Shown in pieces: positions 26,463-40,204 of a stretch of 64,000 nt of DNA. Under the pieces are notes generated by a model. The model was not told where the DNA came from. It saw nothing but the letters and a program-made list of their open reading frames with translations, and searched no databases. Made by a program: the position numbers and the translations under genes. The DNA is from Octopus vulgaris (taxonomy: Eukaryota), in the NCBI GenBank assembly GCA_951406725.2, contig OX597823.1, forward strand, positions 18,600,001 through 18,664,000, written 5' to 3'. Every line of letters begins with the position of its first letter. The first letter of the stretch is position 1.

Positions 26463-26619
26463 GAGTGGCTGTGTGGTAAGTAGCTTGTCTACCAACCACA
26501 TCGTTCGGGTTCAGTCCCACTGCGTGGCACCTTGGGCAAGTGTCTTCTACTATAGCTTCGGGCCGACCAAAGCCTTGTGAGTGGATTTGGTAGACGGAAA
26601 CTGAAAGAAGCCCGTCGTA

Positions 26620-26650
<31 letters not shown>

Positions 26651-26877
26651 GCGTGTGTGTGTTTGTGTGTCTGTGTTTGTCCCCTAGCATTGCTTGACAA
26701 CCGATGCTGGTGTGTTTATGTCCCCGTTACCTAGCGGTTCGGCAAAGGAGACCGATAGAATAAGTACTGGGCTTACAAAGAATAAGTCCCGGGGTCGAGT
26801 TGCTCGATTAAAAGGCGGTGCTCCAGCATGGCCGCAGTCAAATGACTGAAACAAGTAAAAGAGTAAAAGAGAGTAAG
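26463..26877 (+). mobile_element. SINE-A copy
   Basis: Homologous; lies tail-to-tail with 26992-27390. Confidence 0.85.
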
Positions 26878-26894
26878 AGCATATGTTTATATAA

Positions 26895-26960
<66 letters not shown>

Positions 26961-26991
26961 ATATATATAGAGACATATGCATATATATGCG

Positions 26992-27160
26992 TTACTCTTT
27001 TACTTCTTTCAGTCATTTGACTGCGGCCATGGGACTTATTCTTTTGGTAAGCCCAGTACTTATTCTATCGGTCTCTTTTGCCGAACCGCTAAGTAACGGG
27101 GACATAAACACACCAGCATCGGTTGTCAAGCAATGCTAGGGGACAAACACAGGCACACAA

Positions 27161-27223
<63 letters not shown>

Positions 27224-27390
27224 TACATATATACGACGGGCTTCTTTCAGTTTCCGTCTACCAAATCCACTCACAAGGCTTTGGTCGGCCCGAGGCTATA
27301 GTAGAAGACACTTGCCCAAGGTGCCACGCAGTGGACTGAACCCGGAACCATGTGGTTGGTAGACAAGCTACTTACCACACAGCTACTCCT
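26992..27390 (-). mobile_element. SINE-A copy
   Basis: Homologous, with a short internal deletion. Confidence 0.85.
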
Positions 27391-27396
27391 CCCATA

Positions 27397-27435
<39 letters not shown>

Positions 27436-27724
27436 CTTTTTAATCTCTAACTTGTGTTCCGTGATTGGGCTGCGGCCAAGCTGGGGGACAGCCTCGAAGG
27501 GTTTTAGCTGAACTCCCGGACTTACGTATTTATCTAAAGCCTGCTACGTATTCTATCGGTCTCTTTTGCAGAACCGCCAAATTACAAGCGCGTAAACAAA
27601 CCAAAACCGGTTGTGAAGTGTTGGTGTGTGCGTGTGTGTTTGGAGGGGGTGGCGGGGGCAAACATTAACGCAAGCCTAAAGACACACACACACAGCTATA
27701 CACACACACACACACATACGCACG

Positions 27725-27785
<61 letters not shown>

Positions 27786-29958
27786 CAATATATCTACATA
27801 CACACACACACTCCCCCTCTCTCTCACACACACATACACACTCACACGCACACATTCATTTCCGTTGGCTTCTGTATTGGCATTGAAAGCTTAGTTTGAG
27901 ATACATGAGTTCTTGCTTAGGGACTTCCCAGAAATACATTTACAGTCATATATATATAATAAGGATAAGATCGTTAATTTAAATATCGATCTTATCAAGT
28001 GGCCAGCATGGGAATAAAAACCTTCAAAGTAATAATTATTATCAAAATTATAATTTAGGGTATCTAAAAGATACCTCCACGCTGGAAATAGAAGCCAAAA
28101 CTTGACTCTAAAACCACTTTAAATGTTCATACAGCACCAGCAGAGTTGGCTGCTATTTCCAGCGTGTTGTAGTAGTAGTAGTAGCAGCAGTAGCGGCAGC
28201 AGTAGTGGTGGCAGCAGCAGTAGTGGCAGCACAGTAGAAGTAGTAGTATTTGAAGTAGTAGTTGTAGTAGTAGTGGTGGTGGTATGGTTGAGTAAAGCAT
28301 GTTTCGCTGACACGTTCTAATATTTCCGAAACTTATTGCTTTCACCAGCTGGGGTTCTAATTTCTTTTATCTGATCTTGTTATAATTATCTCCCTTAATT
28401 ATAGTCTCTCGGATTGTAAACACTTCTTTTGTCTACTAATTACTTATATTATCTTAATTAATCTAAGTTTTTCAACTCACTATACAGCATATATGAGGCC
28501 CTGTTGTATTTATAGCAGTATACAATCTTGTTCAAACACAGTTCCAAAGAAAACACTACATCGCTTTCGGAGTATATTTGGCAAAAGAAAGTTAGCGGGG
28601 GACTCTATTTATACTGCATAGTCTGTAGCGGACAGAGCCAATCCATCCTGTAATAGTTCGAAGTAGTGCAACTTGTGAAACTCAAATATAGAATAAACCA
28701 ATTCACACCAACAATGAACAGACCGACTGAACTAATATCGAATTGTAGGCGCAATATGTTATATTTTTTTCCAGAGCAAATAGACAAGGTACCAGTGATG
28801 ACACATATCACGTGAGACACCACCATTTTGTCTTTTGCTTCAGAAATCATAACAAAAGGGTGCAGTCTCCAAATTTGTTTGTAATACTAGCGTGAGACCA
28901 TAGAATAGGAGTAACTAAAGGTACCAAATGTATATAGTTTCACACAGCTGTCCAGATAGGACAATGGTTTTATGTTTTCTTGGGTTTTCATTTATTGTTA
29001 GTCGGTTGTATCTACTGTGGTACGTTGTCCGGTATTTATTTCGTCCACCTCAAAGAGATAGGAGTAAATATCAAAGTCAACTGTTTATATAAGAAAGCAA
29101 ACAATATACATAAAAAAATAAACATCACGAGAGATTTTTGTACATTCACATACCTATGCAGTCACACCCACACCCACGCGCACAGACACGCAGACACACA
29201 CACACAGTCACACACACGCAGACACACACGCGCACGCATACTTCGAGGTAATTCGGCGGTCTTCTAGAGTGTTTTGTAAGTAGGAGTGAGTTTTACATTA
29301 ATAGAGCGAATTGACTGGAAATAAGGTTGTCTCCGTGATCTAAGTAGAGGTGGGCGTTTAACCACTAAAGGAATTTATCATAACACTCAAAGTGCGGCTG
29401 GAAAGATCGGTGGAAAGAGTGGAGGGTGGCTAAACTGTCCAGACTGTAGATATTTGCAAGTCTGTCTTACTTACATAAATATTGATAATTTTATCTGAAT
29501 CATTAGGAAAATAATAATTGGTGGTAATTAGTAAATAATTGGCCACTCATTATACAATCAATTTATACTTTCCACACGCAGGCACGCACCCATTCATGTA
29601 TTACACACAACGTTCTAATTACACTCACGGAACATTAACCGCGGCTGACTGGCTATTAAGACAATAATAGGTGTGGTCATTAATGTTTTAAACAGTCCTT
29701 AATAATATATTAAAATGCTAAATAATGTCCTATGTTGCTCAGTGACTAAAAGAGCTGTTAATAAACAGGAGAACACCGAACTACCAAATAATGTGCTTTT
29801 TTTAAAAAAGATTCTTTTTTGATCTGGTAATTTTTACGGTTGCTGGGTGAAGTGAAGTGATGGAAAACTGATCGTGCTGCACGTCTTCAAAACAAAACAC
29901 CACCTCGTTTAGTCAACGAAATATTGGCTCATATAACAGAACAATATATATATATATA

Positions 29959-30356
29959 CTAGCAGTATCGCCCGGCGTTGATCGGGTCTGTAAGGGAAAT
30001 AATTATATAAGCATTTTTAGAGAGTTATAGCAAAAAAATAGCAAAAAAAATGCATTAAAAATGGAAAAAAATGATGGTAAATTTTTTTTTTTAATCGTTG
30101 ACTCATCGTAGACATTTTTAGAGAGTTACCTCCCTTATATAATAGCGAAAAAATGCATTAAAATGGAAAATAATGATGGTAAGTTTTTTTTAAATCGTAG
30201 ACTCATCGTAGACGCGCGCTAATACCCAGAAGGGCTCGATATGAATCACGACTATAAGATACCCGGTTTTGGTTAAACTGCACCGCAAAATGTGGGAGTA
30301 GTTAGGAATCTAAATCGTAGGAGACAGACACACAATTTCTCTTTTATATATAAAGA
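29959..30356 (-). mobile_element. Non-autonomous Helitron, subfamily 1
   Basis: Near-identical to 13684-14082; inserted in (TA)n. Confidence 0.85.
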
Positions 30357-30358
30357 TA

Positions 30359-30532
<174 letters not shown>

Positions 30533-30869
30533 TATATGTATATCGGAAAAACGAAATGCCAGCTCAGTACAAAGGTGCCAATATGGTTGTGTGGTTCAGG
30601 AGCTAGCGTTGACATCACATAGTTCCGAGTTCAGTCCCACGGCGCAGTACTTTGAGTATCTTCTGCTATAGCCCCGGACCGACCAATACCTTGTGGGTGT
30701 GAATTTGGCAGACGGAAACAGCGCAGAAGCCCGTTCTGTGTCTTTGTGTTTTTGTTTGCCCGCCGACCGCTTGACGACCGGTGTTAGTTTGTTTACATCC
30801 CAGTAATTAGCTGTTCGGAAACAGAGATCGATAGAATAAGTACCAGACTTTAAAAAAAAAAACAGAAAC

Positions 30870-31270
30870 GTAGGAGTGACTGTGTGGTAAGTAGCTTGCT
30901 TACGAACCACATGGTTCCGGGTTCAGTCCCACTGCGTGGCACCTTGGGCAAGTGTCTTCTGCTATAGCCTCGGGCCAACCAAAGCCTTGTGAGTGGATTT
31001 GGTAGACGGAAACTGAAAGAAGCCCGTCGTATATGTGTGTGTGTGTGTGTGTGTTTGTGTGTCTGTGTTTGTCCCCCTAACATCGCTTGACAACCGATGG
31101 TGGTATGTTTACGTCCCCGTAACTTAGCGGTTCGGCAAAAGAGACGGATAGAATAAGTACTGGGCTTACAAAGAATAAGTCGGGAGGTCGATTTGCTCGA
31201 CTAAAGGCGGTGCTCCAGCATGGCCACAGTCAAATGACTGAAACAAGTAGTAAAAGAGTAAAAGAGTACT
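30870..31270 (+). mobile_element. SINE-A copy, nested in an older diverged copy (30575-31335)
   Basis: Homologous to 57857-58292. Confidence 0.8.
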
Positions 31271-32051
31271 GAAGTCGATTTATTTGACTAAAGCCTTCAA
31301 GGAGGTGCTCTAGTATGGCCAGTATAAGATAAAAGGAAAGATAGATATACAGTATATAGAACGTGAAACGTACTGAGCTGATAGGTAATAAGCGACTGGT
31401 TTAGTTTTAGAGTCAGCCTACAACTTGGTTTCAGAACAGCTCATACATAAATTATGTCTTCGTGTAAGTGATTTCTGTATGGGACAGTTAACAAATAGAG
31501 TAGTGAGCAGACACTCATAATGTTCATTCACAATGTTTTGTTAATACCTTTTACAGTCTTTTCTCTCTAGTTTATATTGTTTGCAATACATGATATTGCA
31601 GTACATTACTTCGCTTTATCTATAACGTCTGCTCTATATATATAAAACCTGGTTCACCAAAATAAATATCTGCTTGGAGCCTAAAGTCTCATAAAGCTGG
31701 GAGATTATTCGGTTCAAGCAGAAAGTACAAGATACCCTCGAGAATAGGATGCCAGTTCGTTGCAAGGTATCAAAATATCACTGGTGCTAATTTTAAGCAG
31801 AGTGTACTGGGGTGACGTAAAATGATGAGTCTCACCCAAGGACTCAATGCCCCACCGACCAGTAAATTTAACCCACAACCGAGCGACTGTGAGCCTAACA
31901 CCTTTAATCAATGGACCAATAAATAGAATACTCCACGTATTTCATAATGTTAGATCTATTTATATAATCTAGGACACTACTCCTCTTTAATTCGTATTGT
32001 TTGCCCCAGACTATATAATTATTGCACATTATCCAACTTTAATAATGTCTG

Positions 32052-32135
<84 letters not shown>

Positions 32136-32163
32136 AATATATATATATACATATCCACTAGTC

Positions 32164-32361
32164 GCCATGATAGATCGTTAGCCACTACACACATTTTTTT
32201 CTCTCCTTTTTCTCTCTTTGTTTTTTCTGAGTCCCTTTCTGTAGAAGAGCGTAGGCTAGAAATGTAAAAGACTTTTTCTATTCCTGAGCGTTATACTAAT
32301 ACATCTGTTTGTTTTGTACACCACCTGTCTTCGTCTTTTGTTTTTTTCGTAAACTCTCCCC

Positions 32362-32362
<1 letters not shown>
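32164..32362 (+). mobile_element. Short TA-anchored repeat with a degenerate hammerhead, copy 2
   Basis: cttt-CTGTAGA-A-GAGC-GTAG-GCTA-GAAAT-GTA-aaag; flanked by TA and CT/TA tracts. Confidence 0.6.
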
Positions 32363-32435
<73 letters not shown>

Positions 32436-32924
32436 AAGAGAGAGAAAGGTTGAGTTCAATTAGAACAGCTTTACTTTGGTGGGGTTCCAAAGTTAGATTT
32501 CTAATAAAGATTCTTCATATTAAATTTGTAGCTTGCTATTGCAAGTATTTTATTAAAAATATCAAAATTATACAAGTATAAGGTGTATTATGAGCATTTA
32601 TAGAACACAGCCCTATATCAACTCAACGAACAATTAAAGATGGAGAAGGGAGGATGTATAATTAATTTGATTTGATTATACTAATTCAATTATATTCTAC
32701 CATTATAATTAATATATTTGATTTAATCTCTTCCATGTTTGTTACTATTTGAAACGATCGTATGCATGGATATGGTTACGGTGCATCCCTCGGTGCGGAA
32801 GTGTCTCGTCACGTGACTGTACAAGGGTTGTCTCGTTAAATAAACCCTGCTTCTCTCGGTTTTCACCGGCTAACTACTAGGTACATGCCCAATACTTACA
32901 TAATTACTTATACACTGTGTGTGT

Positions 32925-33797
32925 GTGGTTAAAAAATAAATAACGTTGGAAAAGATACAGGAGTATATTTTAGAGAATGTTTAGGATCTTTTCGGTTTGA
33001 ACGGCAGTTTTTTCTAGCGGTGTCATATGAAATTATCACCCATAATTATGACCCTAGAATTGATCTATTGCATTTCACTCTTCCACCTACCCCTAATCCT
33101 AACCCTAACCCTAAAACAGACTGAAATATATTTTTTACACACACATACGACGGGTTTCTTTCAGTCTACCAAATCCACTCACAAGGCTTTGGTTGGCCCG
33201 AGGCTATAGCAGAAGACACTTGCCCAAGGTGCCACGCAGTGGGACTGAACCCGGAACCATGTGGTTCGTAAGCAAGCTACTTACCACACGTCACTGATTG
33301 GTTGAAATTGCAGAAATTGATGAAAAAACAACAAATATCTTACAAACTATAGAATTTTCTCAATAAAGCCAAGAGAAAAAGATGCTTTATAAACACATTC
33401 TACCAGTCTACGAAGTTTAAAATTTTTTAGTTACCTAGAAATTATGTTAAAAACTGCCGTTCAAACCGAAAAGATCCAACGTTTAATATTTTTGTTTCGG
33501 TGAATGATTTAAAATAGAACCGGTTTCGAGGTATCCCTCTTATCAAATATTAAAAATAGGGTGTTAACTGCTTGTACACACGTTTTAGTGCATAGGTACT
33601 TAAAATATGGATAGAAACTTTTAACCCCCAATTTTTTTTTTCTGCTTGACTTCCAAAAAATTTCTTTTGAATATTTGATAAGATGGATACGTCAAAACCG
33701 GTTATATTTTAAACCATTCGCTGAAACAAAAATATTGAACCTTCTCGAAAATACACTCTCGTGCCTTTTCCAACTTTCTTTACTTTCTTTTAACCAT
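32925..33797. mobile_element. Older foldback element interrupted by the Merlin-like MITE
   Basis: Left arm (32925-32983 plus 33478-33555) is a diverged inverted copy of about 33665-33797. Confidence 0.55.
32984..33477. mobile_element. MITE with GG termini and an 8-bp TSD (Merlin-like)
   Basis: Perfect 29-bp TIR GGATCTTTTCGGTTTGAACGGCAGTTTTT. TSD aatgttta/aacgttta. Contains (CCCTAA)-like repeats and a SINE-A fragment. Confidence 0.75.
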
Positions 33798-33876
33798 AAA
33801 TTTTGATTTGTATGGACACTTAACCCATCTTCAACTATATCTGTATGTGTGTGTGTATGTAATTACTTATATACTA

Positions 33877-34275
33877 CTAGCAGTATCGCCCGGCGTTGCT
33901 CGAGTTTGTAAGGGAAATAACTATATAAGCATTTTTAGAGATGTTAAGTATAATAGCCATCTCAATATGGCTAACCACAAAGGGGGGGAGTGTTACTGTA
34001 GCTTTTTACGTTCTGAGATTTAATAATAAATTTTTAGAGAGTTACTTCCCTTATATATGCCAAAAATGCATTAAAAAATGGGAAAAATTGATGGTAAATT
34101 TTTTTTTAAATCGTAGACTCATCGTAGACGCGCACTAATACCCAGAAGGGCTCGATATGAATCACGACTATAAGATACCCGGTTTTGGTTAAACTGCACC
34201 GCAAAATGCGGGAGAAGTTAGGAATCTAAATCGTAGGAGACAGACAGCACACAACCTCACTTTTATATATAAAGA
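33877..34275 (-). mobile_element. Non-autonomous Helitron, subfamily 2
   Basis: Same termini with a different internal segment (atagccatctcaatatggcta...). Confidence 0.85.
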
Positions 34276-34703
34276 TTACGTTATGCATGTATGTATGTAT
34301 AGTTACGTACACTCTGTTTGCGTGTGTGTGTAATTATACACTATATGTGAGTTCGATTCCCGGACCGTGCTGTATATTGTGTTCTTGAGCAAGACACTTT
34401 ATTCCATGTTGCTCCAGTTCACTCTGCTGTAGAAATCAGTTGCGGCATCACAAGAGCCAAGCTGTATCAGCCCTTGCCTTTCCTTTGGATAACATCGGTG
34501 GCACAGAGAGGAGAGGCCGGTATGTAAGGGCGACTGCTGGTCTTCCATAAACAACCTTGCCCGGTCTTGTACCCGGGGGGTAACTTCCTACGTGCAATCC
34601 CATGGTCAGTCATGCCCGAAGGGGGTCTCCGCAGTATGTGTGTGTGTGTGTATGTAATTACTTATATACTGTATAAGCTTCTCACCACACAACCACGCCT
34701 GCG

Positions 34704-34748
<45 letters not shown>

Positions 34749-34751
<3 letters not shown>

Positions 34752-34915
34752 AGTGGCTGTATGGTAAGTAGCTTGTTTACCAACCACATGGTTCCGGGTT
34801 CAATCCCACTGCGTGGCACCTTGGGCAAGTGTCTTCTACTATAGCCTCGGGCCGACCAAAGCCTTGTGAGTGGGATTGGTAGACGGAAACTGAAAGAAGC
34901 CCGTCGTATATATGT

Positions 34916-34980
<65 letters not shown>

Positions 34981-35201
34981 CGTGTGTGTGTTTGTGTGTC
35001 TGTGTTTGTCCCCCTAGCATTGCTTGACAACCAATGCTGGCGTGTTTATGTCCCCGTTACTTAGCGGTTCGGCAAAAGAGACCGATAGAATAAGTACTGG
35101 GCTTACAAAAAGAATAAGTCCCGGGGTCGAGTTGCTCGATTAAAGGCGGTGCTCCAGCATGGCCGCAGTCAAATGACTGAAACAAGTAAAAGAGTAAAAG
35201 A
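34749..35201 (+). mobile_element. SINE-A copy
   Basis: Homologous to 57857-58292. Confidence 0.85.
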
Positions 35202-35551
35202 GGATATATATATATGTATGTATATATATACAATGTTGTACATTATGTATATATAATGTACATGAAGCCATTTCATATTGCTTACATTATTTATTTAATC
35301 TGGTGCATTGCTCAAACTTTATAACATCTGCACTGTTTATACAACTTACAACGGCATTCCTCTTCGAATCAAACTGTTTGCATTATTCATATGGTTTAGT
35401 ACATTACTCCACAGTTTCATTTTACTGCTTATTGTGCACACTATATAATCTAGTAAGTTACTTCATTCCATTTCATACTGTCTACACCAGCATTTCTATA
35501 CCTAAGTTTCCCGGAACATTGGGGTTCGGCGTGGAAATATTGGTGAATGGG

Positions 35552-35933
35552 GGAAGCACTCCGTCGGTTACGACGACGAGGGTTCCGGTTGATCCGATCA
35601 ACGGAACAGCCTGCTCGTGAAATTAACGTGTAAGTGGCTGAGCACTCCACAGACACGTGTACCCTTAACGTAGTTCTCGGGGATATTCAGCGTGACACAG
35701 AGAGTGACAAGGCCGGCCCTTTGAAATACAGGTACAACAGAAACAGGAAGTAAGAGTGAGAGAAAGTTGTGGTGAAAGAGTACAGCAGGGATCACCACCA
35801 TCCCTGCCGGAGCCTCGTGGAGCTCTAGGTGTTTTCGCTCAATAAACACTCACAACGCCCGGTCTGGGAATCGAAACCGCGATCCTACGACCGCGAGTCC
35901 GCTGCCCTAATCACTGGGCCATTGCGCCTCCAC
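35552..35933 (-). mobile_element. SINE-B: tRNA-Arg-like SINE (representative copy)
   Basis: Head GGAGGCGCAATGGCCCAGTG(G)TTAGGGCAGCGGACTCGCGG...GTTTCGATTCC. Other copies at 4711-5083(-), 42703-43051(-), 57262-57643(-); partial at 44953-45140(+) and 51089-51322(+). Confidence 0.85.
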
Positions 35934-36343
35934 AGTGGCGAATAAACTAACTATAAATAAATGTATTTTGAATAGGTTTTGTTACTTTAGTATATACGCT
36001 CGGCATACTCAAAATATTGGTGTTTGTAGGTAGCAAAGAAAGTCTATGGGGAAAATGATTTCTTTATGGGAAGTAATTGGCGAATTAGTTAAGATGAAAT
36101 TTCTTAAATCTTATTTGTGTTCTCTAATGGCTTTTTGCTTTTAATACTGATTAAACTTTCAAAGATAGTTTTATGATGTAGAATAATGTAGCATTATGAA
36201 AGGATTAGCAAAGATTAGAACTTTTATGTTGGGGTTATCTGAGATATGGAATGTATTTCAAGGGTTACCCGCGGCTCGAAAATGCTGGGTCTACACCATC
36301 TATCTAATAAAGTATAAAACTTATCTATTCTAAATTGTCTACA

Positions 36344-36507
36344 AGGCGTATGAGTGGCTGTATGGTAAGTAGCTTGCTTACCAACCACATGGTTCCGGGT
36401 TCAGTCCCACTGCGTAGTACCTTAGGCAAGTGTCTTCTACTATAGCCTCGGGCCGACCAAAGCCTTGTGAGTGGATTTGGTAAACTGAAACTGAAAGAAG
36501 CCCGTCC

Positions 36508-36559
<52 letters not shown>

Positions 36560-36805
36560 CAAAGCACTTTATTTCACGTTGTTCCAGTTCACTCAGCTGT
36601 AGAAATGAGTTGCGACGTCACTGGTCCCAAGCTGTATCGACCTTTGTCTTTCCCTTGGATAACACTGGTGGCGTGGAGAGGGAGGCCGGTATGCATGGGC
36701 GACTGCTGGTCTTCCATAAACAACCTTGCCCGGACTTGTGTCTAGGAGGGTAACTTTCTAGGTGCAATCCCATGGTCATTCATGACCGAAGGGGGTCTTT
36801 ACCCC

Positions 36806-36900
<95 letters not shown>

Positions 36901-37105
36901 TTGTGTGTCTGTGTCCCCTCAACATCGCTTGACAACCGATGCTGTTGTGTTTACGTCCCCGAAACCTAGCGGTTCGGCAAAAGAGACCGATAGAATAAGT
37001 ACTAGGCTTACAAAAAATAAGTCCTGGGGTCGATTGGCTCGACTGAAGGGGGTGCTCCAGCATGGCCATAGTCAAATACCTGAAGCAAGTAGAGTAAAAA
37101 GGGAG
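36344..37105 (+). mobile_element. SINE-A copy with a SINE-E fragment (36557-36805) inserted in its internal microsatellite
   Basis: Head at 36344-36510 and tail at 36900-37105, separated by a CORE-type SINE flanked by (TA)n. Confidence 0.8.
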
Positions 37106-37895
37106 TACACTATATAATGTACTAGATTACTTCCTATTATACCAGATTACTTCTTGACCTGGCAGTACTCCCCGTCGGGGGTGTTTGGAGCTACCATAGG
37201 GACAGAAAATATCCAAGAGACGCTAGATGTTTAAAAGAAATTATGCAAGAAATAGATTTAAACCAGGCACAACACGTATATTTTAAACACATCATCAATC
37301 ACACTGTAGAATATCCTGCTGTCTCTCCGAACACTTTGATAATCTTCTTTCCTTTATTTGAATAGGGGAAATCTTTTCCGAAATATTACAGGATCATTAA
37401 GTAATCTATGTACGGTAATGCCATATCTTTTCTCTTTGCTTTCATTTATTGACATCACGTTACATATTTTGCTCAACTGCTCAACTGCTCATCAGCATTG
37501 CTCAACGGTTTTCTACAAACATGTATATCTTTTACATGTATTGTAATACTTCAAACAAATTACAACATTCTTTAATTTAAAGAAATTCTCTGTCGCAATT
37601 AATATATGAGTGAGTCATTGTGTGATCAGTGAGTACAAACATGATCCATAATGCACTAAAGTCTAATATAATTTCATCACGTAATAATATAATCTAGAAA
37701 ATGGAGCATTGGTCCACGCAAATATCTAAAAGGAATCACGTGGTGAAAGGGGATACTCTTTGAAGATATGGATAATACATCACTTCATGACAGACGGATT
37801 GCCTGACAGAGATAAATATTGTGTTATTAAGCATGTCTCCCTATATATGTGCGCGCGCGTGTGTGTTTGCGTGCGTGTGTGTGTGTGTGTTTGTG

Positions 37896-37927
<32 letters not shown>

Positions 37928-38012
37928 AAAGGCGTGGACATAGAAGGCCTCTAATACAACAGGATTTCCAGATATTTCTCATTCTCTACATTTTTTATAA
38001 GTGAATATACAC

Positions 38013-38043
<31 letters not shown>

Positions 38044-38148
38044 TGTATGTATGTATGTATGTATGTATGTATGTATGTATGTATGTGTGTGTGTGTGTAT
38101 GTATGTATGTTTATATGTACATAAGTATGCATCTATATACATGTATAT

Positions 38149-38560
38149 AGGCGCAGGCGTGGCAGTGTGTTAAGTAGCTTGCTTACGAACCACATGGATC
38201 CGGGTTCAGTCCCACTGCGTGACACCTTGGGCAAGTGTCTTCCACTATAGCTTCGGGCCGACCAAAGCTTTGTGGGTGGATTTGGTAGACGGAGACTGAA
38301 AGAAGCCTGTCGTATATATATATATATATATATATATAAGTGTGTGTATATGTTTGTGTGTCTGTGTTTGTCCCCCTAGCATTGCTTGACAATCGATGCT
38401 GGTGTGTTTACGTCCCCATCACTTAGCGGTTCGGCAAAAGAGACCGATAGAATAAGTACTGGGCTTACAAAGAATAAGTCCCGGGTTCGATTTGCTCGAC
38501 TAAAGGCGGTGCTCCAGCATGGCCGCAGTCAAATGCCTGAAACAAATAAAAGAATTAAAG
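38149..38560 (+). mobile_element. SINE-A copy
   Basis: Homologous; followed by an inverted tail half at 38602-38830. Confidence 0.85.
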
Positions 38561-38790
38561 AATTTAGCTAAACTTGAGCAGAAAACGTTTGTACAACGAC
38601 ATTTACTCTTTTACTTGACTGTGGCCATGCTGGAGCACTGCCTTTAGTCGAGCAAATCGACCCCAGAACTTATTCTTTGTAAGCCTAGTGCATTTTCTCT
38701 TGGTGGCTTTTTGCCGAACCGCTAAGTTACGGGGACGGTAAACACACCGACATTGATCGTTAAGCGATGGTGACGGGCAAATGCAAACAA

Positions 38791-38845
<55 letters not shown>

Positions 38846-38927
38846 ATAACAACTATACAAAAATAAAGAGAAAAACAACTTGTTTGAAATCTCTGAACGA
38901 GAGATATGCAGTAGCAGTACCGAATAC

Positions 38928-39140
38928 ACTCTTACTCTTTTTACTCTTTTACTTGTTTCAGCCATCTGACTGCGGCCATGCTACAGCACCGCCTTTAGTC
39001 GAGAGCAAATCGAACCCCAGGACTTATTCTTTGTAAACCTAGTACTTATTCTATCGGTCTCTTTTTGCCGAACCGCTATGTTACGGGGACGTAAACACAC
39101 CAGCATCGGTTGTCAAGCGATGTTGGGGGGGGGGGGGAGA

Positions 39141-39204
<64 letters not shown>

Positions 39205-39370
39205 CGACGGGTTTCTTTTATCAGTTTCGTCTATCAAATCCACTCACACGGCTTTGGTCGGCCCGAGGCTATAGTAGAAGACACTTGCCCAAGGTGCCAT
39301 GCAGTGGGACTGAACCCAGAACCATGTGGTTGGTAAGCAAGCTACTTACCACACAGCCACTCCTGCGCCT
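38928..39370 (-). mobile_element. SINE-A copy
   Basis: Homologous to 57857-58292. Confidence 0.85.
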
Positions 39371-39372
39371 GA

Positions 39373-39756
39373 ATAGTAAAGTTTATTTGCCAAGATAATG
39401 TGACATCCTATACAAGGACAATGTTATTGTTATTTAGCCTCAGGAAAACATCTTTACCAGTTGGTTTCCGGTACACAATTTGTGCCCGTATAATATATGC
39501 AAGAGAGGACATCGCTCCCATCACTAGCCTTGATGCTCACAGACCTAGATATGTCACTTAAAAAATATATAGCATTTGCAAGTGGAGAGAGCCTTCATCA
39601 CTAGCTGGTGATTTTCTCACCTCCCTTGCATATAATATACGGGCACAAATTGTGTGCCGGTAGCCAACTGGAAAAGGTGTTTTCCTTAGGTTAAATAACA
39701 GTATCATCGTCCTTTTATAGGACTGCCACATTATCTTGGCAAATAATTTTTACTAT
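39373..39756. mobile_element. Foldback/MITE with ~135-bp diverged arms
   Basis: atagtaaa...ttgccaagataatgtg...gtgcccgtata is inverted at tatacgggcac...cacattatcttggcaa...tttactat. Confidence 0.7.
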
Positions 39757-39758
39757 AC

Positions 39759-39929
39759 AGGCGTAGGAGTGGCTGTGTGGTAAGTAGCTTGCTTCCCAAA
39801 ACATGGTTCCGGTTTCAGCCCCACTGTGCGGAACCTTGGGCAAGTGTCTTCTACTATAGCCTCGGACCGACCAAAGCCTTGTGAGTGGATTTGGTAGACG
39901 GAAACTGAAAGAAGCCCGTCGTATATATG

Positions 39930-39987
<58 letters not shown>

Positions 39988-40198
39988 TTTGTGTGTCTGT
40001 GTTTGTCTCCCCAACGTCGCTTGACAACCGATGCTGGTGTGTTTACGTCCCCGTAACTTAGTGATTGGCAAAAGAGACCGATAGAATAAGTACTGGGCTT
40101 ACAAAGAATAAGTCCTGGGGTCGATTTGCTCGACTAAAGGCGGTGCTCTAGCATGGCCACAGTCAAATGACTGCAACAAGTAAAAGAGTAAAAGAGTA
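39759..40198 (+). mobile_element. SINE-A copy
   Basis: Homologous to 57857-58292. Confidence 0.85.
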
Positions 40199-40204
40199 AT
40201 ATAA

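Noticed and set aside
26164-26700. Recurring peptides such as [37 protein letters not shown]
   Set aside because: Antisense translation of SINE-A, not a gene family.
28560-29100. Unique sequence with short ORFs
   Set aside because: No recognisable protein motif.
35870-35933. tRNA-like sequences
   Set aside because: These are SINE heads continuing into repeat bodies, without proper acceptor stems; no true tRNA gene is called.
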